From positions 10,787 to 74,786 of the forward strand of contig JAGVZF010000013.1 in assembly GCA_018302785.1 (NCBI GenBank): a DNA stretch of 64,000 bases. The letters are read 5' to 3'. Every line of letters starts with the position of its first letter. Positions within the stretch are counted from its first letter, which is position 1. Both the position numbers and the translations under genes were made by a program. The notes beneath the pieces are model-generated. The model searched no databases. It saw only the letters and a program-made list of their open reading frames with translations, and was not told where the DNA came from. Of the stretch, positions 16,832 through 24,785 are shown piece by piece. Origin of the DNA: Candidatus Woesearchaeota archaeon (GTDB taxonomy: Archaea; Nanobdellota; Nanobdellia; SCGC-AAA011-G17; JAGVZF01).

Positions 16832-17185
16832 ATGAAACCAAAGACTAGAAAGACAGATGAAGGGCTTTTAAGGCTAATTAGAGAGCTAAAAAAGACTTCA
16901 AATAAAGAAAATGTTAATATCTGGAAAGCAGTAGCTCAAAATCTAGAAAAACCTACTAGAAAAAGGGCTAACGTCAACCTTTATAAAATTGATAAATATG
17001 CTAAAGACAATGAATATATTATAGTTCCTGGAAAAGTCTTAGGAGTAGGAGAAATTAGTAAAAATATTAATATTGCTGCTTATAAATTCTCAGATTCAGC
17101 TAAATCAAAAGTAAAAAATAAAATGTCAATACAAGAATTATTAAGAAAAAACCCAAAAGGAAATAAAACAAGAATAATAATATGA
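16832..17185 (+). CDS. rpl18e: 50S ribosomal protein L18e
   Basis: Typical L18e sequence (NIWKAVAQNLEKPTRKRANVNLYKI...IIVPGKVLGVGE) and the conserved L18e-L13-S9 order. Confidence 0.88.
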   Translation: MKPKTRKTDEGLLRLIRELKKTSNKENVNIWKAVAQNLEKPTRKRANVNLYKIDKYAKDNEYIIVPGKVLGVGEISKNINIAAYKFSDSAKSKVKNKMSIQELLRKNPKGNKTRIII

Positions 17186-17601
17186 TAATTGACGGAGAAA
17201 ATTTAATTTTAGGAAGACTTGCAAGTTATGCTGCAAAAAAAGCATTACTTGGAGAAAAAGTAGATATTATTAATTGTGAAAAAATAGTTATAAGTGGAAG
17301 GAAAAAAGCAATTTTTCTTGATTTAAAAGAAAGATATGCAAGAGGCGAATTTATAAAAGGTCCTTTTCCAAGTAGAAGATGCGACAGATTTGTAAGAAGA
17401 ACAATAAGAGGTATGCTTCCATATAATCAATATAAAGGAAAAAGCGCATTTAAAAGAGTAATGTGTTATAGAGGAATTCCTGATAAATTCAAAAATGAAA
17501 AGCACGAAACTGTAGAAAAGCTTAATATTGTAAAAACAAAAAGCTTAAAATACATTAATTTAAAACTAGTAGAAAAATTCTTAGGATATGGCCAAAATTA
17601 G
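17182..17601 (+). CDS. rpl13: 50S ribosomal protein L13 (uL13)
   Basis: IIDGENLILGRLASYAAKKALLGEKVDIINCEKIVISG. Overlaps L18e by 4 nt. Confidence 0.9.
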   Translation: MIIDGENLILGRLASYAAKKALLGEKVDIINCEKIVISGRKKAIFLDLKERYARGEFIKGPFPSRRCDRFVRRTIRGMLPYNQYKGKSAFKRVMCYRGIPDKFKNEKHETVEKLNIVKTKSLKYINLKLVEKFLGYGQN

Positions 17602-17989
17602 TAATGCATCTGGAAGAAAGAAAAGAGCTATTGCTCGAGCAACAGTAACAGACGGATCTGGTTCTATTTTAATAAATTCAATTCCATTAGATGAATATAG
17701 AGATAATATCTCAAGAATGAAAATTATAGAACCATTAATATTAGCAGATTCTTTAAAAGATAAAGTAAATATTAAAGTAGATGTTCATGGCGGAGGTTAT
17801 TCTGCTCAAGCAGATGCTGTAAGACTTTCAATTGCAAAAGGTCTTGTTAAATACTCAAACGATAAAAAACTAAAAGAAACTTACTTAAATTATGATAGAA
17901 ATCTTCTTATAGCAGATGTAAGAGTGGCAGAAAGTTCAAAACCTAATGATTCTAAGCCAAGGGCAAAACGACAAAAAAGCTATCGCTGA
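17588..17989 (+). CDS. rps9: 30S ribosomal protein S9 (uS9)
   Basis: GRKKRAIARATV..., VHGGGYSAQADAVRLSIAKGL, and the C-terminal KRQKSYR. Confidence 0.9.
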   Translation: MAKISNASGRKKRAIARATVTDGSGSILINSIPLDEYRDNISRMKIIEPLILADSLKDKVNIKVDVHGGGYSAQADAVRLSIAKGLVKYSNDKKLKETYLNYDRNLLIADVRVAESSKPNDSKPRAKRQKSYR

Positions 17990-18084
17990 TAAGTAGTAAC
18001 ACATATAAAATTTTATTAATTAAACTTCATTTTTAATATATAAACATTATGTTAAACTAAAATATATTTTCTGTTCAATAGACA

Positions 18085-18117
18085 CGCGACATCCGCACGC
18101 GCGACATTTATAAATAG
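18085..18117 (+). promoter_or_regulatory. GC-rich direct repeat CGCGACAT (18085-18092 and 18100-18107) abutting a TATA-like TTTATAAATA, about 20 nt upstream of the ATG at 18137
   Basis: Read directly. An isolated GC-rich island in AT-rich intergenic DNA. Confidence 0.4.
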
Positions 18118-18136
18118 TTTAGTGCAATAAATTTAT

Positions 18137-19396
18137 ATGAACAACGACGACAAATACATAGATTTATTAGAATTTTTGCCACAAAATATTATATGTGGGA
18201 AATTAGAAAAACAATTCCCACTAAGTGTAAAATTAGATAATAAATATTTGTCTCTTTCATATATTACAAATTTGTCAAACCAAACTGGACAAGTTGGAGT
18301 TAAAGAATATTCTTTAACAATTCCAAGATTTCTTTTCAAAAATATTAGAACATTTGAAGTTATTGGATTGCTCCAAGCTGAAATGGGAAAAACTAACAAT
18401 GGAAATCTATCATTTGCAAATCATGAATACAAATTAATTAATTATGTTTTATATTGGTTTAAAAAAGAATTAGAATTTGATGTGAAAAATTGGAAATGGA
18501 GCATAAAACTAAATATGCAAGAACCTACTGACTTAAATTATAAACCCAAAATAGAGAACAAAGTAATAAAGCATTGGACGGAAAGAACTAAAATAACATT
18601 AGAACAATCTTATCCCAAAAAAGTAACTTATATCAGTAATACCAAAAATATCAAATTAAAAGATCATGATTATGGCACGCTGGTTTTAGAACATAAGAAT
18701 AATTTATTTAGTCAAATTATAAAGAATTTTGTAAAAATAATTACATATAGAGAAATAGTAAACTATGAAGCACAACTAATCCAGGGATATATGAAGGCTA
18801 TAATTGCTGGAGAAGGTTGTATAGAAATTTCAAAACAGGATAAAAAGTTTAGGGTACATATTTCGGCATCAAAAGAAGAAGAGAAAGAAATATTCTATCA
18901 ATGTCTAAGAAAGTTAGGGGTTGAAAGCATAAAATACAAGGGAGATAAATTAGTGATTTCAAAGCGTAAAAACAATGTCCAACTTCTTAAACAACGTTTA
19001 ATGACTTTATCTCCAGCAAAATACGCCAAATTTCTAAACATGATGCAACAATATCCAAACATCAAAGAAGAAACTGGCTACTTCAAAGAAAAAGGCAAAA
19101 ACGTTTGGAATAAAATTCCTCAAGAAATAATAGATAAAATTATTGAACTTTATAACTCTGGAATTACAAACACAAAAGAAATAGCAGAAAGATTAGGATT
19201 ACATATTCTAAAAGTTCAAAGAGTTCTCCAAATTAATAATTTAGGAAAAAGAATAACAACAATTCCAGAATCCAAAAGAATGGAAATTGCCAAATATGTT
19301 AAAGATCATCCCGAATTAAATCATGAACAAATTGCAAAACAATTTAATGTTAGTAAATCTGCAGTTAGTAGAGCTAACTTAAAGTATAATCTCTAA
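18137..19396 (+). CDS. Free-standing LAGLIDADG-like (double-motif) protein with two C-terminal HTH modules
   Basis: VIGLLQAEMGK and YMKAIIAGEGCIE (LAGLIDADG-type motifs with Glu). C-terminal ITNTKEIAERLGLHILKVQRVL and NHEQIAKQFNVSKSAVSRA. Confidence 0.6.
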   Translation: MNNDDKYIDLLEFLPQNIICGKLEKQFPLSVKLDNKYLSLSYITNLSNQTGQVGVKEYSLTIPRFLFKNIRTFEVIGLLQAEMGKTNNGNLSFANHEYKLINYVLYWFKKELEFDVKNWKWSIKLNMQEPTDLNYKPKIENKVIKHWTERTKITLEQSYPKKVTYISNTKNIKLKDHDYGTLVLEHKNNLFSQIIKNFVKIITYREIVNYEAQLIQGYMKAIIAGEGCIEISKQDKKFRVHISASKEEEKEIFYQCLRKLGVESIKYKGDKLVISKRKNNVQLLKQRLMTLSPAKYAKFLNMMQQYPNIKEETGYFKEKGKNVWNKIPQEIIDKIIELYNSGITNTKEIAERLGLHILKVQRVLQINNLGKRITTIPESKRMEIAKYVKDHPELNHEQIAKQFNVSKSAVSRANLKYNL

Positions 19397-19481
19397 AAAT
19401 TAATTCTACAATTATTTATTACTAACTTTAGAGTAGTAACAAATAGAAAGATTTATAAGCGTGAAAATTTCATGATAAAAC

Positions 19482-20045
19482 ATGGAAACTGAGCAAAATA
19501 AAGAATTTGAACTTGTATTACCCTTTTATAAAGATATAATTAATTATTTAATTATATTATTTTCAACTTTCATTCTTTTATTTATCTATTCAAAAAGTTG
19601 GATTTACTTACCAATAATTTTTGTTTTCATAATTCTTACTATAGTTGTAATGAAAAATAGATGCGTAAACTGCAAAAGAATTTTCTCTCAGACTTCTATT
19701 GGTAAAAAATATATTGAAACCAAGATTAGACCATATAAATATAGTATAGAGTCAAAGTATCTATATTCAGACGGTTCCTATAAAAATAGTAAATTCAGTG
19801 AACAAAAGGAAATGAATGAGAGAATAGAAATTTATCATGATACATTTAATTGTAAGGTCTGTAGTTTCGAGTGGTTCAAATTATGCGAGGTGAATTTGGA
19901 CAAGGAAAATAGACCATCCACTGAAAACATAATTACTACACATTTAAAGGCACCTAGGCGATGCGTGGACTGTGACGGAAGACTAGGAAAAGGAAGAATT
20001 AAATACTGCTCAAAATGTAGGCCTACATATAGTAGAACTGTATAA
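19482..20045 (+). CDS. Membrane protein with multiple zinc-ribbon CxxC pairs
   Basis: 2 TM, then CVNCKR, CKVCSF, CVDCDG and CSKCRP. Confidence 0.4.
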   Translation: METEQNKEFELVLPFYKDIINYLIILFSTFILLFIYSKSWIYLPIIFVFIILTIVVMKNRCVNCKRIFSQTSIGKKYIETKIRPYKYSIESKYLYSDGSYKNSKFSEQKEMNERIEIYHDTFNCKVCSFEWFKLCEVNLDKENRPSTENIITTHLKAPRRCVDCDGRLGKGRIKYCSKCRPTYSRTV

Positions 20046-20102
20046 AAATTGATCCTATATTTTCCCTAAAGACTTAAAAATACTGAGTTATAACAAAATA
20101 AT

Positions 20103-20402
20103 ATGAATCCATTATTACTTTTAATAAACTTCATCTTAGGAGTTTCCTCTTTAATTCTTGCATTTGTAGCAATAATTCTAATTATCATTGGGATTTTATT
20201 ATCTTTTACAGTAATAGGTCTAATTATAGGAATTCCTTTAATAATAATAGGAATTATAATTTTAATACTCTCAATCTTCATAAGAGGCGGAAAATTCCAC
20301 AGAATTAAAGTAAAAAAACCAAATTTTAGAATCTGCAAGAACTGCAAAAATAATAACACAATAAATTCAAAGTTTTGTTCTAAATGCGGAAAAGAATTAT
20401 AA
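20103..20402 (+). CDS. Small membrane protein with a C-terminal zinc ribbon
   Basis: 2 TM, then CKNCKNNNTINSKFCSKCGKEL. Confidence 0.45.
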   Translation: MNPLLLLINFILGVSSLILAFVAIILIIIGILLSFTVIGLIIGIPLIIIGIIILILSIFIRGGKFHRIKVKKPNFRICKNCKNNNTINSKFCSKCGKEL

Positions 20403-20470
20403 CTTTAATTTTTTTAAAGTATTGATTCTAAAATAAAAAGGTTTATATAGAAATAAGATTAGTCTTATTT

Positions 20471-20698
20471 ATGCAAATTGATACGACAAAAATGAGTTCT
20501 AGAGGGCAAGTAGTTATACCTTTAGAAATGAGAAAAGACATTAAAGAAGGAGATAAGTTAATTGTTATTAGAAAAGATGATGAAATAATTATTAAAAAGT
20601 CTATTCCTGAGTCAGCTCTTTTATCTGAAAAATCATTGGCTAAAGCATGGCTGTCAAAAGAGGATGAAGAGGCCTTTGCATATTTTCAAAAAAAATGA
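20471..20698 (+). CDS. AbrB/SpoVT/MazE-type antitoxin
   Basis: SSRGQVVIPLEMRKDIKEGDKLIV. Its stop overlaps the toxin start (ATGA). Confidence 0.75.
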   Translation: MQIDTTKMSSRGQVVIPLEMRKDIKEGDKLIVIRKDDEIIIKKSIPESALLSEKSLAKAWLSKEDEEAFAYFQKK

Positions 20699-21027
20699 AG
20701 TTTAAAAAGTATGATATTATTTTAGTTAATTTTCCTTTCTCAGATCTTAAGACAAGTAAAATCAGACCGGCAGTGGTTATTAAGTCATTGGAAGGGGAAA
20801 ATACTATTCTTTGTCAAATCACAACTAAAAAACGAAGTATATCTAAATACCAAGTAGTTTTAAAACGAAAATCTTGTGAAGGAGATATAAGATTTGACTC
20901 TAATATTTATATTGATATGATATTTACTCTACATGAAAGCCTTGTAATTGGTAAAATTGGCTATATAAGAGATGAAAGAATTAAAGAAGAAATTCAGAAT
21001 AAAATAAAAGAAATGTTTGATCTCTAA
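20695..21027 (+). CDS. MazF/PemK-family toxin (endoribonuclease-type)
   Basis: KYDIILVNFPFSDLKTSKIRPAVVI is typical of PemK/MazF. Paired with the upstream antitoxin. Confidence 0.75.
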   Translation: MKFKKYDIILVNFPFSDLKTSKIRPAVVIKSLEGENTILCQITTKKRSISKYQVVLKRKSCEGDIRFDSNIYIDMIFTLHESLVIGKIGYIRDERIKEEIQNKIKEMFDL

Positions 21028-21286
21028 GACCACTTATGCTATTGAATGCGGATTTATAATTATTTGCTTATCCTCAGAACTTTAATTAGCAAGTTATTTA
21101 AACATTCGAGAAATTTAATGAAATTTTAAATGAAATTCGCAATTTTCTAAAAAACTAAGACTTTCGCTTAACAACAATACTTATAGACTCGGGATTTATT
21201 TCTAGGAGTAATTTTATTATTAAAAGATAGTAACGATATATATATCTTTCTAATTAATTTAATTTTAAGTTAATAAAAGAGGTGAA

Positions 21287-21994
21287 ATGATGAAAAAAAT
21301 TTTAATTTTCTTAGCTTTAGTATTAATATTGCCTAATTTTGTTGCGGCAATTGAATCTGCAAGAATAGATGTAGATGGACTAAGCGATGTAATTCCAGAA
21401 GGTAGTGAACATACTGTAAATAACTTAACGGTTAAAGCTGTATGGATAACTGATTATCAAGGTATTGAATTTGATGTAGCAAATTTAAGAATCATTGAAG
21501 GCCCGCCTATAAATCAATGGCAGTTAAGGTCCGGCGATTCTATAACGGTTGAAGGTCATACTGTTTCTATGATTTGTGCTGCTCCAAATAATGCTGTAAG
21601 GATAGATGTAGATGGACTTACAGCAATTATAAGAGAAGGTCAAGAAATGAATATTAATGGATTATCAATTAAGGTTCTTAATATAGGTGATGATTCAGGT
21701 TGTGAGTTTGATTATGCTACATTTAGGATTATAGCAGGACCACCAGCTAATGAATATATAATGAGGGCCGGTGACTCAATAATAATTGCTGGTAGAACTT
21801 TAACTTTTGTTTCAGCTGCTGGAGGAAGTCAACCTGGTGGTACTAGTTCTCCGTCATTTATGAAAATTACGCCACCACAAGTTTTTGAATCACCCCAATC
21901 AAGTGTTCAATGGGTTGGAATAGTAATTAGCATAATTACATTAGCATTAGTTTTTCAACTTTATAGAAAACTTTCTAAGAAAAACAGAAAGTAA
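21287..21994 (+). CDS. Secreted surface protein with two about-95-aa internal repeats and a C-terminal SSPSFMK-TM-basic anchor module
   Basis: Signal peptide. Repeats ARIDVDGLSDVIPEGSEH...FDVANLRIIEGPP...RSGDSITVEGHTV and VRIDVDGLTAIIREGQEM...FDYATFRIIAGPP...RAGDSIIIAGRTL. C-terminus GGTSSPSFMKI...WVGIVISIITLALVFQLYRKLSKKNRK. Confidence 0.6.
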   Translation: MMKKILIFLALVLILPNFVAAIESARIDVDGLSDVIPEGSEHTVNNLTVKAVWITDYQGIEFDVANLRIIEGPPINQWQLRSGDSITVEGHTVSMICAAPNNAVRIDVDGLTAIIREGQEMNINGLSIKVLNIGDDSGCEFDYATFRIIAGPPANEYIMRAGDSIIIAGRTLTFVSAAGGSQPGGTSSPSFMKITPPQVFESPQSSVQWVGIVISIITLALVFQLYRKLSKKNRK

Positions 21995-22069
21995 ACTATT
22001 TTATTTTTTATTTGATTTCTAAAAATACGAAAAGCTATTAAATAAGGTATTATTTCTAATTATTCCATA

Positions 22070-23701
22070 TTGGAAAAATATATCTTTATTATAGGTGGAG
22101 TTATTTCAGGAGTCGGAAAAGGGGTTGCTACAGCGTCAATAGCAAAAATTCTAAAAGAATATGGTCTTAATATATCAGTAATTAAAATTGATCCATATAT
22201 TAATTGTGATGCAGGAACTTTAAGGCCAACAGAGCATGGAGAAGTCTGGGTCACAGAAGACGGCGGAGAAATAGACCAAGATCTAGGAACTTATGAAAGA
22301 TTCCTAGAAAAACCTTTATCAAAATCAAATAGTATAACAACAGGTCAAATATATAAAACTTTAATAGAAAAAGAAAGAAAAGGTGATTTTCTTGGAGAAA
22401 CTGTTCAATATATCCCACATGTTCCAGAAGAAATTAAATTAAGAATAAGGGAAATCGGAAAAAATCATGATATAGTTTTAATTGAAATAGGAGGAACTGT
22501 AGGAGACTATGAAAACATTCCATTTTTATTTGCAGCTAAGAGTTTAGAAAATGACATAGGAAAAGAAAATGTTTCATATATTCTAGTAAGTTATATGCCA
22601 ATTCCTTCTCACATTGATGAAATGAAAACAAAACCAACACAATTAGCAATTAAATTACTAAGAGAAAATGGCATTCAACCTGATTTTATTTTATGCAGAG
22701 GAAAAAAAGCCTTAGATAATGTAAGAAAAAAGAAGCTTGAAAAGTATTCTAATATAAATGCAGAATATATAATATCAGTTCCTGATGTAAGCTCAATTTA
22801 TATTATTCCATTACAACTAGAAAAAGAAAATCTTGGGGAAAAATTGCTTAAAACATTAAATCTTAAAAAGAAAAAAGAACCAAATTGGCAACCATGGATA
22901 AATGCCATAAGTAAATCGCAAAATCCTTCTAAAGAGATCAATATTGCTTTAGTTGGAAAATACCTAGATATAGGAGAATTTCAATTAAAAGATTCTTATC
23001 TTTCAGTAAATGAAGCAATTAATAATTCTGCTTCATTTAATAATATAAAAGTAAAAATAAATTGGCTTGATTCAAAAAATATTGAAAAAGGCCTTGTTGA
23101 TTTTAAAGGTTGTAATGGCATTATAATTCCTGGCGGTTTTGGGAATTCAGGAGTTGAAGGTAAAATTCAAGCAATTAAATATGCAAGAGAAAATAACATT
23201 CCATTTTTAGGCTTGTGTTTTGGTCTTCAATTAGCTGTAGTAGAATTTTCTAGAAATGTTTGTAAATTAAATGCACATTCTACAGAAATTGATCCTGAAG
23301 TAGAACATAATGTTATAGATATTCTTGATGAACAAAGAAACATTAAAGAAAAAGGTGCTACAATGAGATTAGGATCATATAAAGCAATTTTAAAAGATAA
23401 TACTAAAATTAAAGAAATCTATAATTCTAATGAAGTTTATGAAAGACATAGACATAGATATGAAGTTAATCCAAAATATCATTCAATTTTAGAAAAAAAT
23501 GGATTAATATTAAGTGGCTTAAGTCCAAATGGAAAACTTGTTGAATTTATTGAGCTAGAAAATCATCCATTTTTTATAGCCACACAAGCTCATCCAGAGT
23601 TTAAAAGTTCATTATTAAATCCATCTCCTTTATTTAATGCTTTTATTAAAGCATGTTTATTTAATCAAGAAATAGAAAAAGAGTTAATTAAAGAACTTTA
23701 G
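22070..23701 (+). CDS. pyrG: CTP synthase
   Basis: TTG start. GGVISGVGKG, the amidoligase region, and the glutaminase GLCFGLQ and HPEF motifs. Confidence 0.93.
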   Translation: MEKYIFIIGGVISGVGKGVATASIAKILKEYGLNISVIKIDPYINCDAGTLRPTEHGEVWVTEDGGEIDQDLGTYERFLEKPLSKSNSITTGQIYKTLIEKERKGDFLGETVQYIPHVPEEIKLRIREIGKNHDIVLIEIGGTVGDYENIPFLFAAKSLENDIGKENVSYILVSYMPIPSHIDEMKTKPTQLAIKLLRENGIQPDFILCRGKKALDNVRKKKLEKYSNINAEYIISVPDVSSIYIIPLQLEKENLGEKLLKTLNLKKKKEPNWQPWINAISKSQNPSKEINIALVGKYLDIGEFQLKDSYLSVNEAINNSASFNNIKVKINWLDSKNIEKGLVDFKGCNGIIIPGGFGNSGVEGKIQAIKYARENNIPFLGLCFGLQLAVVEFSRNVCKLNAHSTEIDPEVEHNVIDILDEQRNIKEKGATMRLGSYKAILKDNTKIKEIYNSNEVYERHRHRYEVNPKYHSILEKNGLILSGLSPNGKLVEFIELENHPFFIATQAHPEFKSSLLNPSPLFNAFIKACLFNQEIEKELIKEL

Positions 23702-23746
23702 TAAACTATATAAATTCTCTTGAAAACTTGGTAATTCTACAATTTA

Positions 23747-23819
23747 GGGCTCGTGGTCTAGCGGTTATGATAATTCCTTGACGTGGAATTGGTCCCAGGT
23801 TCAAATCCTGGCGGGCCCA
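23747..23819 (+). tRNA. tRNA-Val (anticodon GAC)
   Basis: 73 nt: GGGCTCG/CGGGCCC acceptor stem, anticodon stem ATTCC/GGAAT with loop TTGACGT, T arm CCAGG-TTCAAAT-CCTGG, discriminator A. No encoded CCA. Confidence 0.9.
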
Positions 23820-23846
23820 TTTTATACAAATTTTAGTGAAGGAATA

Positions 23847-24335
23847 TTAATTCTTAAATCTTTTAGTTTCAACAAAGTAATGATAAATTACAGTAAATAA
23901 ATAACCACTAACAGCAAACCATATTAAAATATTATCTCCTAAATAAAACATTCCAATAAAACCTAAAAAAGTCTGAATAAAGAAAAATATCATATGATAC
24001 CATCCACCAAAATTAAACTTTCCTAGTTTAGGTCTAGACCAATCATTTACTAAACTAATATTCTTTCTATGAATTCCCCAAAAAAATGACAATAAAACTG
24101 CAAAAACTAAGCAGAACCACAGATAACCGCTATTTTGTTTAATAAAATCAATAACATTATAATAAGCTAATAAAGCATTAAAAAAAGGAATAAACATACA
24201 ATCTCCTATAAAATCAATAACATCTACTGGATATTTAATAAGATTCTTATTTTTATAGAAATATCTACTTATAATAAAAAACATTATAGGCCCAAAAAGT
24301 AAAGTAACAAAAAATAAAAAAATAACATCTACCAT
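23847..24335 (-). CDS. Polytopic membrane protein, unknown function
   Basis: ORF track; 5 hydrophobic segments. Confidence 0.4.
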   Translation of the reverse strand: MVDVIFLFFVTLLFGPIMFFIISRYFYKNKNLIKYPVDVIDFIGDCMFIPFFNALLAYYNVIDFIKQNSGYLWFCLVFAVLLSFFWGIHRKNISLVNDWSRPKLGKFNFGGWYHMIFFFIQTFLGFIGMFYLGDNILIWFAVSGYLFTVIYHYFVETKRFKN

Positions 24336-24500
24336 AGACTAAAATTAATTGTTTAATTAATAATGTTTTATTGTAATTCAATAATTGCAAAAAGTTTAAT
24401 AAAAAAGATTTAAATACTACTAAAATTTCAATTATTTGGGGTGTTGAACTTATTAAAATTAATTTAAAATAGAAATATTTATATACTAAAAGTTAAACTC

Positions 24501-24570
24501 CTTAAAAGGTTTAAAAAGCTTAAAAGAGGTTAAAAAAGGCGTAAATAGCTTTTAAAAGGCTTTAAAAGTA
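24501..24570 (+). repeat. Seven tandem degenerate 10-mers of the TTAAAAGGNT type, ending at the start codon of the wHTH gene
   Basis: cttaaaaggt ttaaaaagct taaaagaggt taaaaaaggc gtaaatagct tttaaaaggc tttaaaagta, read directly. Confidence 0.6.
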
Positions 24571-24785
24571 TGATTCCAACAACAGAAGAGCTACTAGAGT
24601 TTATTAGTAAAAAAGAATTAGTAAATCTAACTATGATAGCTAAAAATTATGATATTAAAAATGCTACTGCTTCTGATATTGTTAATGATTTAGTCAAAAA
24701 AAAATTAGTGGAAATAAAACAGATTGGAGGATCAAAAATAGTTATTTTAAAAAAGAGGATTACCAATGAAAAGAGGTCAAATTAG
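24570..24785 (+). CDS. Small winged-helix (MarR/TrmB-like) DNA-binding protein
   Basis: LVNLTMIAKNYDIKNATASDIVNDLVKKKLVEIKQIGGSKIV. Confidence 0.5.
   Translation: MIPTTEELLEFISKKELVNLTMIAKNYDIKNATASDIVNDLVKKKLVEIKQIGGSKIVILKKRITNEKRSN

Noticed and set aside
24501-24570. CRISPR-like or minisatellite array
   Set aside because: The units are only 10 bp, degenerate and have no spacers. Nothing elsewhere in the window has the 25-40-bp repeat/spacer periodicity of a CRISPR array, and no cas genes are present.
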